Shown: in pieces, positions 36,728-49,600 of the stretch | How positions within the stretch are numbered: the first letter of the stretch is position 1 | Layout: the number at the start of each line of letters is the position of its first letter | DNA from: Phoronis australis | Taxonomy: Eukaryota > Animalia > Phoronida | Length of the DNA: 64,000 bases | NCBI GenBank assembly: GCA_002633005.1 | Contig: NMRA01000019.1 | Location: forward strand, 874,099 to 938,098 | Direction of reading: 5' to 3' | Notes under the pieces: generated by a model | The model's input: the letters and a program-made list of their open reading frames with translations, nothing else | Database searches by the model: none | Told to the model about the DNA's origin: nothing | Translations under genes and position numbers: made by a program

Positions 36728-37091
36728 GATTCAAACTCGATGGACGCTTAACTCTGGGCGAAACATTTCGTAAACTTTGTTCAGCATGATTAAACTGGTC
36801 GCAACTCAGTGCGAATCAAATTTGCTAAAGGGCAACGAACGATTTGCCGAGTTGATAACTCTTAGTTTATAGCGGGCAATAAACATCAAAATTAACGTGG
36901 TAAATCACGTTGTTGCTAGCATTGGTCGCCGTAACAATCAGATGAGTCCTAAATATATAACATCTCTTGGCGCTTTATTGCTTCGATACAGTTGAATTAT
37001 ACTCCCCTGATACTGGGATGGAAGTTAAGCGAATGAGGTGGAAGTAATTACGTGGTGCGTGGCGAGGAGTATGCCGCTCCTTTTTCTGAGC

Positions 37092-37136
37092 TCCACTAAA
37101 TATTATTACTCGTTCCACTAAATATTATTACTCGTT
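37092..37136. repeat. 22-bp direct tandem duplication
   Basis: ccactaaatattattactcgtt occurs twice in tandem. Confidence 0.85.
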
Positions 37137-40100
37137 ACTTTTGTGTGCTATTATTCAAGCAAGATCCGTAATTCATTTATCCGCGGATTAGATAAGAACG
37201 AGATTTATTTATGTAGATGTATATGTATTTAGGCTGCAATCCAACAGAACAAGAGAATGTCTTAGCAAAACCCTCTACGGACAATTTTTCTAATGAACTG
37301 TGAACATCAATATTTCAAATCTAAGCACAGAGGAAGTGTTCTGACATGTAAATATAGACTTTATTTCTAAGAACCGCCATGTTGCAGCGGGCGTTTGGGA
37401 AGCATTACTCGAACTAATAAAATATCAATGTCGTTGCAGCGGAAATCACAGAGCACTGTGATAAAGAGACGTGGCAGATCTGTGATCTTTTTAGGGTGGG
37501 GAAGAACCACAATTTTAGAAAGAAAAAGGTACGCCCCTAAAAACCGCATGCCAAAGTTTTTTCCTGGAGGGGGAGGGCCTATGAAGCAGTTAATCAAGTA
37601 CTATATTTATATTCATACTTACATGGTTTCAGTCTGACTCGTAGAGATATAGCAACTCGTGTTGCTTTTATTCAGAGACATTTTTCCTCTTGGATTTCAA
37701 ATATCCGAACGCTGTCGTGACTGTATTTTTTCGAACATCACATCAAGATTTGTGATTGGTATCAGATGTCAATTCGACATCTGATTCGTAAACTCCGAAA
37801 AAAGGTGAACACAATCATCAGTTCAACTTTGCATGACGTCACAGTTTTATCTCGATGGCGATACCTTATAGATACACGAAACCACAAGACGACCCATTCT
37901 TTTGCGATAATACAGCCCGCCTGTGAAAATTATCCTGTATTCTTCGTCCACGATGTCTAATCTTTATAATCCTCTCTTAATCCCCTTCAGTATCCGGGTC
38001 GGGACCACAGACATTGAATATCAACACAATGGTGACAAATGCGGACGAGTGTCAAGAAAGAGATACAAGTCTCGCAGTTTTCAACGTGGATTGAAACTAT
38101 TGAAACTGTCTCATCACAAGATGACTGGAGCGACAACTCACTGTACTCGACACGAAGATACGCGTATTGATCCAAAAACACTGAAATAATACAATCCACC
38201 GAAACGCCAATCTATACGATGACTCTCTTCTTGTCCGGTGTCTCTCCTCTCAAAATCCAACAAACTACACCAGACCTTCGTGCCTGACAGCGCTTACCAC
38301 TGGCAACAAAAGGAGAAATTATAATGCATCACCTCCCCAAAGGACAATTTCAATACACCCCCACAATACGCGTTGGCCATCTTCCCTTTTGAAATTACGA
38401 CCCGTACAAATCATTCGCATTCACAGTACTTTCAACCAAAATGGTATGAATAGATCATTTGTCAGAAAAGCGATTAACACAACTATTAACTTGTTAGGAG
38501 TTACCATGGAGGCCGTCGCCATTGACGGCCGGACGACTGGATGTACATGTAAGCAATAATTACGCGCGAACTTAATTGGCAACTGTTAGGGTTCATGACT
38601 TAAAATAAGAATTATGTGCAACTTATGCGTTCGGGTACCTAGCCAAAACACACGTTGTAAAGTACAACTTCATATGTGCAATTGTATAGGACCATGTATA
38701 AAGATTTTTGAAAAGGTGGGTTTCTTCGCCCTTGCGAAAATTGAAATGGGGGTTTTATTCTAATAAAATTACTCACATAATATTTCTTGCTGGGATAGGG
38801 TCGTTATTTATGCTGTCAACAAGGGCATCAAAGCCATCATCTACTAAAAACTCTCCAGAATTTACTGAGGTTGGTCAGCTCTAAAATTGCAAATTCAAAA
38901 ATGACGCATGTACGCATTGCCTTTGACATGAGCCGGTAACGGAAAGAAAATTCTGTCAAGGTATATCATATTAAGAGACTCATTTTATGAGAGCAGAAAG
39001 TCTAATTTTATTTTCTCTTTTAACCAGATAAGCAGGGCGAAATGCAACTTTAAATTTAAACTGAAAGTGAATTATCATACTTGATTCCTCCGTACATTTC
39101 GTTTGTCCTTCGAAGTTGCACTTCAAACAGAGAATTTACACTGGCTTCTTCCCCAGGTGGCTCTCCCGCTATACAGGGGCAAGAATCTCATTTATACTCG
39201 TAAAGTAACACATGACTTATAATGATTACCAAGAAATCCTGGTGATAAGATGAGAACTGGTGAGACAAAGCGTAACATAGTAAGATCAGCGCGCTCGATT
39301 TCGTAACTATAATTTCATACTGTTATAACAGCATTAAATTTTAAAATGATGTTTAAAAGACGGAGTGTTGTGAAAAAACAGTATTTTGTTCAAGAAACTC
39401 GTTTGAACTTTCAATACTTCTCGACCAATATGTTCTTATGTATTTCCCATGGCATGGTTTTAGCATTTTTGTCATGGGTCCATAATTACAGAGCTTTTTA
39501 TCGTTGTTGACAATGCTTTTCTCGCACCTTCATTGATCTTGTAGATTTAACAGGCCTGCAAAAAATCGGACACGGCTCGGCAGCGACAGAAACAATGACT
39601 GCATTGATTTACAAGTGAAAAACAGCAATAACAGTTGCAGCCATATGGCCTTAGTTCGATAAGGCCAAGGGCCAACACTTAGTTGGTTAAGGCCAAGGGT
39701 TACACACGAGATCACGGTGACTGATGATAAGATTTAGTAATAAGCAACTGTACGGTAAATGTCAAGTGTTTTTCCCAGTCAATGTTATGGATTGCTGTGG
39801 TTCTTTACAACAATTGCTATGGAAAGAGTGATCAGTTTTTCAAAGGCTCAGAGAAGTGAATGTATTATGATTACGGTTTTCCACTTTTAGGCACAAACCT
39901 AATTGCAAAAACTGGCATTTTAGCATTTTTAAAAGCTAATTATTTTACTGCAAGTGATGGAACATTCGCCAAAAGCTGTTTTACATCTCCATAGTAAAGC
40001 CTACGCTAGTGATGGACTAACATTTCATAATTTTTATAGAATTTCACTTGTCGACCAAACTGTGTGCTACGTAAGTGAAGAATTACAATAGGCAGTGTGC

Positions 40101-40432
40101 CTCGCGCTTTGTTGTACTGATGGCTTTTCGAAAGAAGAGATCACCACGACAACCCAGCTGGCCGCAATGAGCGCAGACCCTCCAGACAGCACAGAATGGT
40201 CACTCCTGCGATACAATTTTCTGATACCTCACGTTGTTGGTGGTCGGCAGCAGCAGTACCATTCTACACCCGCGTCCACTGCACTGGCGCTAGTTCGTAA
40301 CAAATGCGTAGAACTGACATAAACCTTATCTTGCAAAATGCACTTGTTTTCATATCATATTTTAAGAGAATATTTAGAGCAACCAAGACATTCCTAGAGT
40401 TCTATTTAATAGACTTTGTACATAAAATTTCA

Positions 40433-43400
40433 GATAGTTTGTACTTACATGTGCGTGCGTGAATTACGTCCGCAAATACTAAATTTGAGTCGTTAATCAC
40501 CATTTTATCCGGTTAATTTTTTATTCATACACGTAATTTACGTGCGAAACTTTGCCCTGTTTGGTCAGTACAACTCTGTGCTACCGTGTATTAGGCCAAG
40601 TATCAAATGGAGGCGAGTGTAGTCACAGTTGTTTAATGCTAAAAAAGACCCGTTCATTCACACGAAGTACTCTTTATAATTCGGGTACGTGTATCATCCT
40701 TGCACCCTGTCACTGATCCTAAAGTGACATGCAAACTCTAGATAATGTCCCTGGTCTGACAAAAGTCTAATGTTGACCACTAGAGGCGCACGTACATTAG
40801 TCTCAAGCTAGCCCTTATTACCTGCACCTGGTATAGCTCATTGCCTGCACATATGTGTTCTAGAATTCAAATTATTGGATCCAATGTCTAGTGAATCAGA
40901 AAATGTATCAAGCCACTTGCACCATTTTAGCCGCAGTAAGGAGTGTCCAACATTGCACGAGTAAAACGAATTTTCCATAGCAGCAACAGGGTAATATAAA
41001 GTTTGTATGAAATATCAAACGTATTCAGTTAAGGCACTTCCATCGATACACGCATTGTCAAAAAGAAAACAATTTCAATCTACATTTCGCTCTTTTTAGC
41101 TGTTTAACAGGCTAAGAACGAAACTCGAATTACTATTGAGGCATTTTATTCTCATAAAATCAATCTCCTGGTATTACTTACCGTGATAGGATATCATTTC
41201 TATTACCAACTCGTCACAGGCAAACGTTTACATGATTCATTTTCGAAATCGCAATTTTAGGATTGACTAACTCCAATAAACTCTGAAGCGTTCTTTTGAT
41301 TGTCTGACGGTTTCCATGTTCTTGATGGCAATAGAAATGGAATCTTATCACTTTAAGGAATATTATGAAACCGATCTCATGAGAGTAACATGCATCCAGA
41401 TTTGTTCCTTAGCCAGCTAAAAAGAACGAAATGCATTTTTTTGTTTGGATATTGTAGCAAATTGTGGGAACAATTAGCAAACGTGTTTAGAATTACAAAC
41501 ACGCTCAGCATATTGGTAGTTTACAATTGACACCTCCAAAACAGCCAGTCACATCTCTGACTGTAAAGCGTAGTTTCTTTGTTACAGTGTAGTTTTTACG
41601 TGAATTTTGTCTTGAGAGCTCGAACTAAAGCGTAATTTCAACATTTTAGTGAAAACATTCAACTTTATTAAGATTCCATACAATGGGTCGTACGTTNAAA
41701 ACTCGTGAGAAGCCTGTTATAAATTATATATAATCATTAGACTCTTACACAGAGACGTTGCAAACGTCCGTAGCCAAGTAGGCCAAATTCAAGTAAATTT
41801 TAGTTATTATAGCATTGAACTTAAATGCAGGAGTAAAGTATCAATTGAACATTTAAATAAAAAGGAAGTTTATGAGCAGTTCAGTTTAAAATATGTTGCC
41901 CGAGATTTTTGGCTTTCAGCATACACGTATTTCCACTCAAAAAGTATCGCCAGCTTCCGGCAATAATTATCCCACGGTTGGCAAGTTACCCATCAAGTGA
42001 GCCGGAGTATCAACTTCGCTTTAGAGAGCAGCACTGGTGAACCAACTACGATGCGGGTTGGTGTTTCATCACTTTTGGAGGTGAAATGAGTATTTTTTTC
42101 TACAAATTTTCTATCGGTCTTCGTCTTATACAGGACCAGCTGCATTTGTTTTGAAGTAGTTAATCGACTTGGTATTGCTCTAAAACTAGGAAATTGTATG
42201 AAGTCAATTTTGACCGTGCTGTTGATACACCACAACAACACTCATTGTGTTCACTACAACCCTCGGTGCTGGGTCTCTTTTTACCAGCGTAAATTAATCA
42301 TTGACGGCGTAAATTAGCTATTTATATTCGTAATTTGTTTTATTTTTTTTTTGGTTCTAACAACTAAGTACAAGACCATGCTTGAGCGAGTCCGCCATAT
42401 TTTGACCCTTGTCGATCGATAGTTTGTACTTACATGTGCGTGCGTGAATTACGTCCGCAAATACTAAATTTGAGTCGTTAATCATCATTTTATCCGGTTA
42501 ATTATTTATTCATACACGTAATTTACGTGCGAAACTTTGCCCTGTTTGGTCAGTACAACTCTGTGCTACCGTGTATTAGGCCAAGTATCAAATGGAGGCG
42601 AGTGTAGTCACAGTTGTTTAATGCTAAAAAAGACCCGTTCATTCACACGAAGTACTCTTTATAATTCGGGTACGTGTATCATCCTTGCACCCTGTCACTG
42701 ATCCTAAAGTGACATGCAAACTCTAGATAATGTCCCTGGTCTGACAAAAGTCTAATGTTGACCACTAGAGGCGCACGTACATTAGTCTCAAGCTAGCCCT
42801 TATTACCTGCACCTGGTATAGCTCATTGCCTGCACATATGTGTTCTAGAATTCAAATTATTGGATCCAATGTCTAGTGAATCAGAAAATGTATCAAGCCA
42901 CTTGCACCATTTTAGCCGCAGTAAGGAGTGTCCAACATTGCACGAGTAAAACGAATTTTCCATAGCAGCAACAGGGTAATATAAAGTTTGTATGAAATAT
43001 CAAACGTATTCAGTTAAGGCACTTCCATCGATACACGCATTGTCAAAAAGAAAACAATTTCAATCTACATTTCGCTCTTTTTAGCTGTTTAACAGGCTAA
43101 GAACGAAACTCGAATTACTATTGAGGCATTTTATTCTCATAAAATCAATCTCCTGGTATTACTTACCGTGATAGGATATCATTTCTATTACCAACTCGTC
43201 ACAGGCAAACGTTTACATGATTCATTTTCGAAATCGCAATTTTAGGATTGACTAACTCCAATAAACTCTGAAGCGTTCTTTTGATTGTCTGACGGTTTCC
43301 ATGTTCTTGATGGCAATAGAAATGGAATCTTATCACTTTAAGGAATATTATGAAACCGATCTCATGAGAGTAACATGCATCCAGATTTGTTCCTTAGCCA

Positions 43401-43681
43401 GCTAAAAAGAACGAAATGCATTTTTTTGTTTGGATATTGTAGCAAATTGTGGGAACAATTAGCAAACGTGTTTAGAATTACAAACACGCTCAGCATATTG
43501 GTAGTTTACAATTGACACCTCCAAAACAGCCAGTCACATCTCTGACTGTAAAGCGTAGTTTCTTTGTTACAGTGTAGTTTTTACGTGAATTTTGTCTTGA
43601 GAGCTCGAACTAAAGCGTAATTTCAACATTTTAGTGAAAACATTCAACTTTATTAAGATTCCATACAATGGGTCGTACGTT
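40433..43681. repeat. 1264-bp near-identical direct duplication (40433-41696 and 42418-43681) abutting an N gap; probable assembly or haplotype redundancy
   Basis: Constant offset of 1985 nt. I noticed only a couple of substitutions, near the start. Copy 1 ends exactly at the N at 41697. Confidence 0.9.
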
Positions 43682-45724
43682 GGTCTAGTACACGGTGTCG
43701 GGGAAAAATAACGAAAATTTGTTGTTAGTAAGTAGTAAATAATTCAAGGTAATGGTTGGTCTTTGGTGTGCAACGTGCTAAAGATGCGAAATACTAAACA
43801 CAGTCGAGGAAATGATATGTATATATTAAATATTTAATCTCAACAAGACGTACAGGCCAATAAAACTCACCAATTTACCCATATTATGAAATTCATACCA
43901 GAGTTCCAATAAGAATTATCCGTGGCGTGACCTTTATACTGTGAGAAATCGTCAGTTTCAAAGTAAAAACTAACAAGCGGGTTACATCACCAAACTAAAA
44001 CAAACCTTTAGCAACAGCTTACATACGGGTTACACGCCATTTCGACTGATTAACTCAGATAGCAACCACATTTAATCACGGATGCATGTAACTCGTAAAG
44101 TAATTTTCCTATTTTATGTCCACATACGTCGATAACATGTCATACAAAATCGCTAACCATGCCACGAATCAAACTCTAGTGAGCCCAGACAGATAAGGCG
44201 TCCCAAAGGAGAGGCTTTGGGATATTCTGGATTCAACATGTGGTCGCTTCCATCTGCAGGCACAAAACAATTACACTCCAAGTGAAAAAGCCAACACTGA
44301 GGTAAAATTGTTACTTGTATGTAAAAAAACTTCAATAATAATTTTCTGACTTAAAAGAGCAGGCCAAACCAGAAGAGGATTTGAGCCTTATTCAAAACAT
44401 ACTAATATGGAGAACATTCTTGACCAATTAGGGAGAATAAAATACATATATCACATACATCTTGAATTTAATGAAAATAACCCTTCACATGACCGAAATG
44501 CAAATGAACCCTGAAAATAAGCATGGCCATAAAACGTAACAATGCTTCAGCAAAGTCCACAAAGAGATTCAGTATCAATCTGCAACCTATGGAGTAAATG
44601 TTTAACTACATGGGTGGATTAGCACCCCCTGGTGGCTAAGTGGTGAAGCATATTCCATCAGCAGCAATCAAGGGCAATAACAACCCATTCACATTACTGA
44701 ATACATTTAGCTACATCAACCATACAGGGACCTTTCTAAAACCTTTGATGTTGCAACCAAGTCAAACTGTATGCAGGGTAGTTGGCTTAGGACTTCTACT
44801 CATTAACTCATTTTGTGAAATATTGCCACTAAGTGTAACAATTCGGAACCTTCATTGCAGTGTTTTAGGGATCTGCTTTCGCCAAACATAATACTGATTA
44901 TAAGCTCATTTGTTTAATAAAATTAAAACCATAAACTCAACCAATCAATTGCATAAAATAGCAAACCAAGCAACTACAGGTACTGTGATTTTCTGCAAGA
45001 CAGCCCCCAAAAACACGCCCCAGAGCCTACACATAAGTTTTCAGAATACCGACACATGAGCCTATATTTGGAGCTACAATTAACATTTTCTATGACTTGA
45101 TATTCTGTTGTAACAGCTGGAACCTTGCTGACATCCGAGCACAACAAGGGCAATGTTCTTGGTAATTACAATATGTGGGCTGTAAAGGACAGTCAAACCA
45201 CGAGACGCTTGCCACTGCAAACCTTGCACGTTTTTATATCCGTGAACTGGGGGGAAGCATCCAAGTTTAACTGATGTTCGGACACTCACGTAAATGTGCG
45301 CACGCATGGGTCCATTCGAATATTGCACCATAACGGTGTTTCTCTCGAGTTGGATGGATGTTATGAAACTGAGAAAGCTGTTTAAGACCAGTTTCTAATA
45401 ACAACCTTGCAAACACAACAGCCGGACTAACACTTCAAGGAATAATTGTTTCACTGTCCATTACAGTGTATGTTTGTAAAACGCAGCAGAGAATTTATTC
45501 TTGTTAATAGTTTAGTTGATTAAGACGCACGTTTGTAATCATTACATCGTTTTTAAGCAAGCCAGATTTGCACCTCGAGAACCATTCATTGAGACGTATT
45601 TCCTTTCTATAGGCCCATTTTTTGGAATATAAGACCGCACTTATATTTGGGATACTGGGAAGGCAAAAAGTGCCATTTTTCGACCATGCACCCTGGGACT
45701 TACCATCGGAAAATCCTCACATAT

Positions 45725-45780
45725 TAATAATAATAATAATAAAAATAATAATAGTTAGTAGTAATGATAATAATATAAAT
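45725..45780. repeat. Imperfect (AAT)n low-complexity tract
   Basis: taataataataataataaaaataataatagttagtagtaatgataataat. Confidence 0.8.
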
Positions 45781-46695
45781 GTTAACTGATAAAGTAAAAC
45801 CACATAAATGACAGTGCACTAGACCATGTGCACAATATCCATATAAACCAGTCAATGACATTTAAAAAACAATAATTACATGTTGCCCAAATATCAAATA
45901 TAATTGCATCTTATTTGAGGCACTTTCTAAGGACTTACGATCAACATGACAAAACTTTAATATTGAGAAATTCCCTCTATGAGAACTAAAATCTAACTTT
46001 TTACAGTCCAATGACAAATTAACAGTTTCTATGGTACAGGCTGTGAGCAGGCTGTTCTCAGACGTGTACAGAAAGTACAAAAGTTTAGAGGCTGTCCAGA
46101 GCTTATATAACTGCTGTAGAAATTAACATGTAGGTGCTGGCTACAATCAAAATATCTGACAAACATTACCTTTGCCTTTGACTGCTGTTGAGTCCTGGAT
46201 GAATTATGTTTTACGCATAAACAATTCGAACAAGAATAACAGTTGTGACAATGTAAAGCATGAGTTTAGTAATAAAACTCACTGGATGGCAAGATAAGTC
46301 TGATCATTTCTAGCGGTAATGGTCGGATATAACGCGCCCGAGTTTTGTGAAAAAGTTTCATCCACTGGTTCTCAAAATACGGGCACATTATATCCGATTA
46401 TTGGTTTTCTAACTTCACAGTCTTACAGTCAATTCATCGCATCTGTCATGAATAATCAACATTTAAGGCATAATATTTATCTCCCAAAACTTTCGATTCT
46501 ATGAGGTCAAACTGAGTAACCCAGCAATATCTCCACAACTTCTACAATTGCATATTTAAGCCTATGGCCTAACAATGACATTGCAGAAGGTAAAAAATAA
46601 TGACCCTGCATTCATAAAACTGGCCATCACCTCACATGCCTCTACTGTGCAAGGTCAAAGTTCACGACTTGGCCATGCCATGACCCCTAGTTGCT

Positions 46696-49600
46696 TCATT
46701 CTGGACTCTCTTCCATTGTGAACGGTGTGACTTGGAACATGAAGCAGAGGTTGCACACACGCACCGGCTGTGCGTGACCATATTGGGGCAGAGGAACAAA
46801 GTTGGACGAGCACCGGGAACAGAAGATCTGCAAGTTTAAGTCATCAGGACTTTGAGTGTCTTTAATCAAACACCATTTTCAATGTACTTCACTATGACTT
46901 TCAGTGCATTAAATCATAACCACACACTTTCATAACGGAACCATGAATATCTGTAACTTAAGCACAAGTTAACAATGAGGAGACAGGAAAAAACAAATGG
47001 TGAAACAGACTGTGCGATAGTGCAGCAGTAAAATTAAGAACTTATGTTGTATGGTTTCATGTGACACTTAACTATTCTGACCTACCATTCCACAGTTGCG
47101 ACAATGATGGCGGCGACGGATGAATGTGAACGGCGCTTGACATGCACAGCACTTGGTACAGTCAGTGTCTGGCAACCATTCCGGTGGGTCTACAATACAA
47201 GACAAAACAAGACTGCTACGCAAAGTTCACTCACCAAAAAATTTTGATTAAGATCACTTACCAAATATGAAACAGGTCTCAAACTCTCAATTACTTAGTA
47301 GTGAATTGTGCGATAACTTCAGGGCTTTGAACGAACTACTGCTACTTGAGATCCCATTCTACGAGTTGACCTGTCATGCCGTGTCATTGCTATGTGCTGG
47401 GTGTGGTCTTGTGCAATAATCAACCATTGGTTCTATGCAAACACAGAAATCACTTCTTGTCTGAGAAAGGAGCGGTACGAGGTTCAAACCAAAAGTTCGC
47501 TTCTTACACGGAACACGGGTTTATTGTCGCTTAAAGAAATCATCAATACTTTTCTGGTCACTTTTAAGCAAAGCCATCTTTTAAAATGACTTCTTGTTTT
47601 ACATAGAATTTGGCATAGATAGATATAAATACAATTCCACAACCCGGCTCATCTTGTAAATGTCAGCTTACTACAAGACGATAATTTACATATAACTGAA
47701 AGCCACAACACTTGGACAACAGATGGATTAAGTATTGATATTTGACGTTAAAGACAAAAAATGTAAAGTACCAGGAATCTAGTGTTTTGTGAGTGCCATA
47801 AATACCATTTAGCATATTCTGACAAGTGACCGACTGTTGCCATTCTGAAACTTGAGGTCTAAAGATAGGAAAGATTTCTTAAATTTTACATTTTTGAGTT
47901 TTCTTTGGTGTGTTTGGTTTTATCTTTGATTAAAAAGGGGATTGAATGTCAATAAGTTTGTTTTATTTTTCACAAAGTGACGTTTTTAAGCATTTTCCCC
48001 AAGCACGCTGTGTTCTCTGTTACCCGTATGCAGTTTACCGATGATCGACAGGTAAACGGGTATCCCAAATCATGCTAAACATTCATTGTCCTGTTGTGTG
48101 TTTTCATCAGTTTACAATGCATGAAAGCAAATAATCACGGGCTGATGACGGATCTGCAGCAGGACTAGGACATGAAATTGCAATTCAATGTACATGTTGT
48201 TCTTTCAATAAGTTAATTATAAAACAAATTAATGAAAAAATTGTGTGATTGACTGGACAATTGAGATGAACATAAATAGTCACCTCCTGGTACATTTGAA
48301 GACTCTGATTCACTCTCCTCCATAGTTGGGAAGTAAGTCTCTTCTTCGTCCAGACCAGTGGCGCCCTCTTCTTCCTGTCCAAGTGATTCGTTTGCAACCT
48401 GACCCACTTCAATCTTTGCCAACGGCTCTGTACAGTGCAACTCAAACACAATCTTCAGTATGTTACGGAAGTCACAGGCATAGTTTGTCTGGAGTTGGTC
48501 GGCGACACCTGGTGCGAGATATCACTTTATTTTGAAACTTTTGGTGAAATACATGAATTTTAACACAATATTTCGCAATATACAACTCTCCATTGGTGTA
48601 TGCACAAAAACCCCACAAATTTTTGGTGCGAAGATTTATTTTGCCAATTTACCATTAAATTTCAACTAATTTGTATCACAATTTCCAATGTAACATTAAC
48701 TAAGCTACTTCTGTGAAATTTGTTAATATTTTTGAAAGCTACACTTAAAATAATTCTTCCAACCAATACCTTACCAGACAAATAGCCATTAAATACCTGA
48801 TATGCAAACAAACAGCCTGTGTATGAGATCTTCTCTGTCTCGGAACTTGTTACGTATGCCAACAGCGACCTCTGCAGCCTGCACTGCTAAAGCAATCTCC
48901 TCCTGGTCATGACTCTCTGATGTGTAAGAACTTGTCTCGCTAGTGTCTCCACTGGCAAACAGAGGGCACTGATGTACTAAATTGTATAACTCAAAAAACC
49001 AAAATTGCAATTCTAATGCAAAGCTACCTAGTTTGTATTAACACACTACTTCCAGTCTCAACTGGTTTCATTCTACACCTTCCAGACAAAACAACTTCAC
49101 AACCCCAAACTGCCAGGCAATCAACAGGTGACTGCTTCAGAAACAGATAACTTTATCTAATTGTGCAGGGCAAAAACATCAGATCTCAGAAATGGCTGAC
49201 CGTGCTCACATGAAACTTTCAGATACTCCGTCACCATGCCTTACAGTGTTCTCCAACACACTGTTTGGAAGTGTCTTTTAAAATACTCTTTTGAACGAGA
49301 GGTTAACAAAAATAGGCTGGACTTTTATGATTTTTGTAAAACAACTCAAATGCTGCATCAAACGGAAATGAAATGATAACTTAGAAAACTGTAAGATCAT
49401 TTTTGAGATTTCTTTTTGAATGTCAGTCCCGAACATTGGTTGTCGTTGTTTTGATGTGAACCAGAATGTGTACATCTTTTTGCTAACTTTTACTAAAAAT
49501 TAGCCACACGACCTAAATAACGGCAGACTGGTAAAATGTCAAAAACCAAATTCTACAAGTTTTGTATTTTCAGAACAAACACTTTTACCGAGTTAAAATC

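Noticed and set aside
47320-47395. Possible extra ZFYVE28 exon between 48284 and 47189
   Set aside because: The flanking exons already join in phase 1, and I found no convincing phase-compatible donor.
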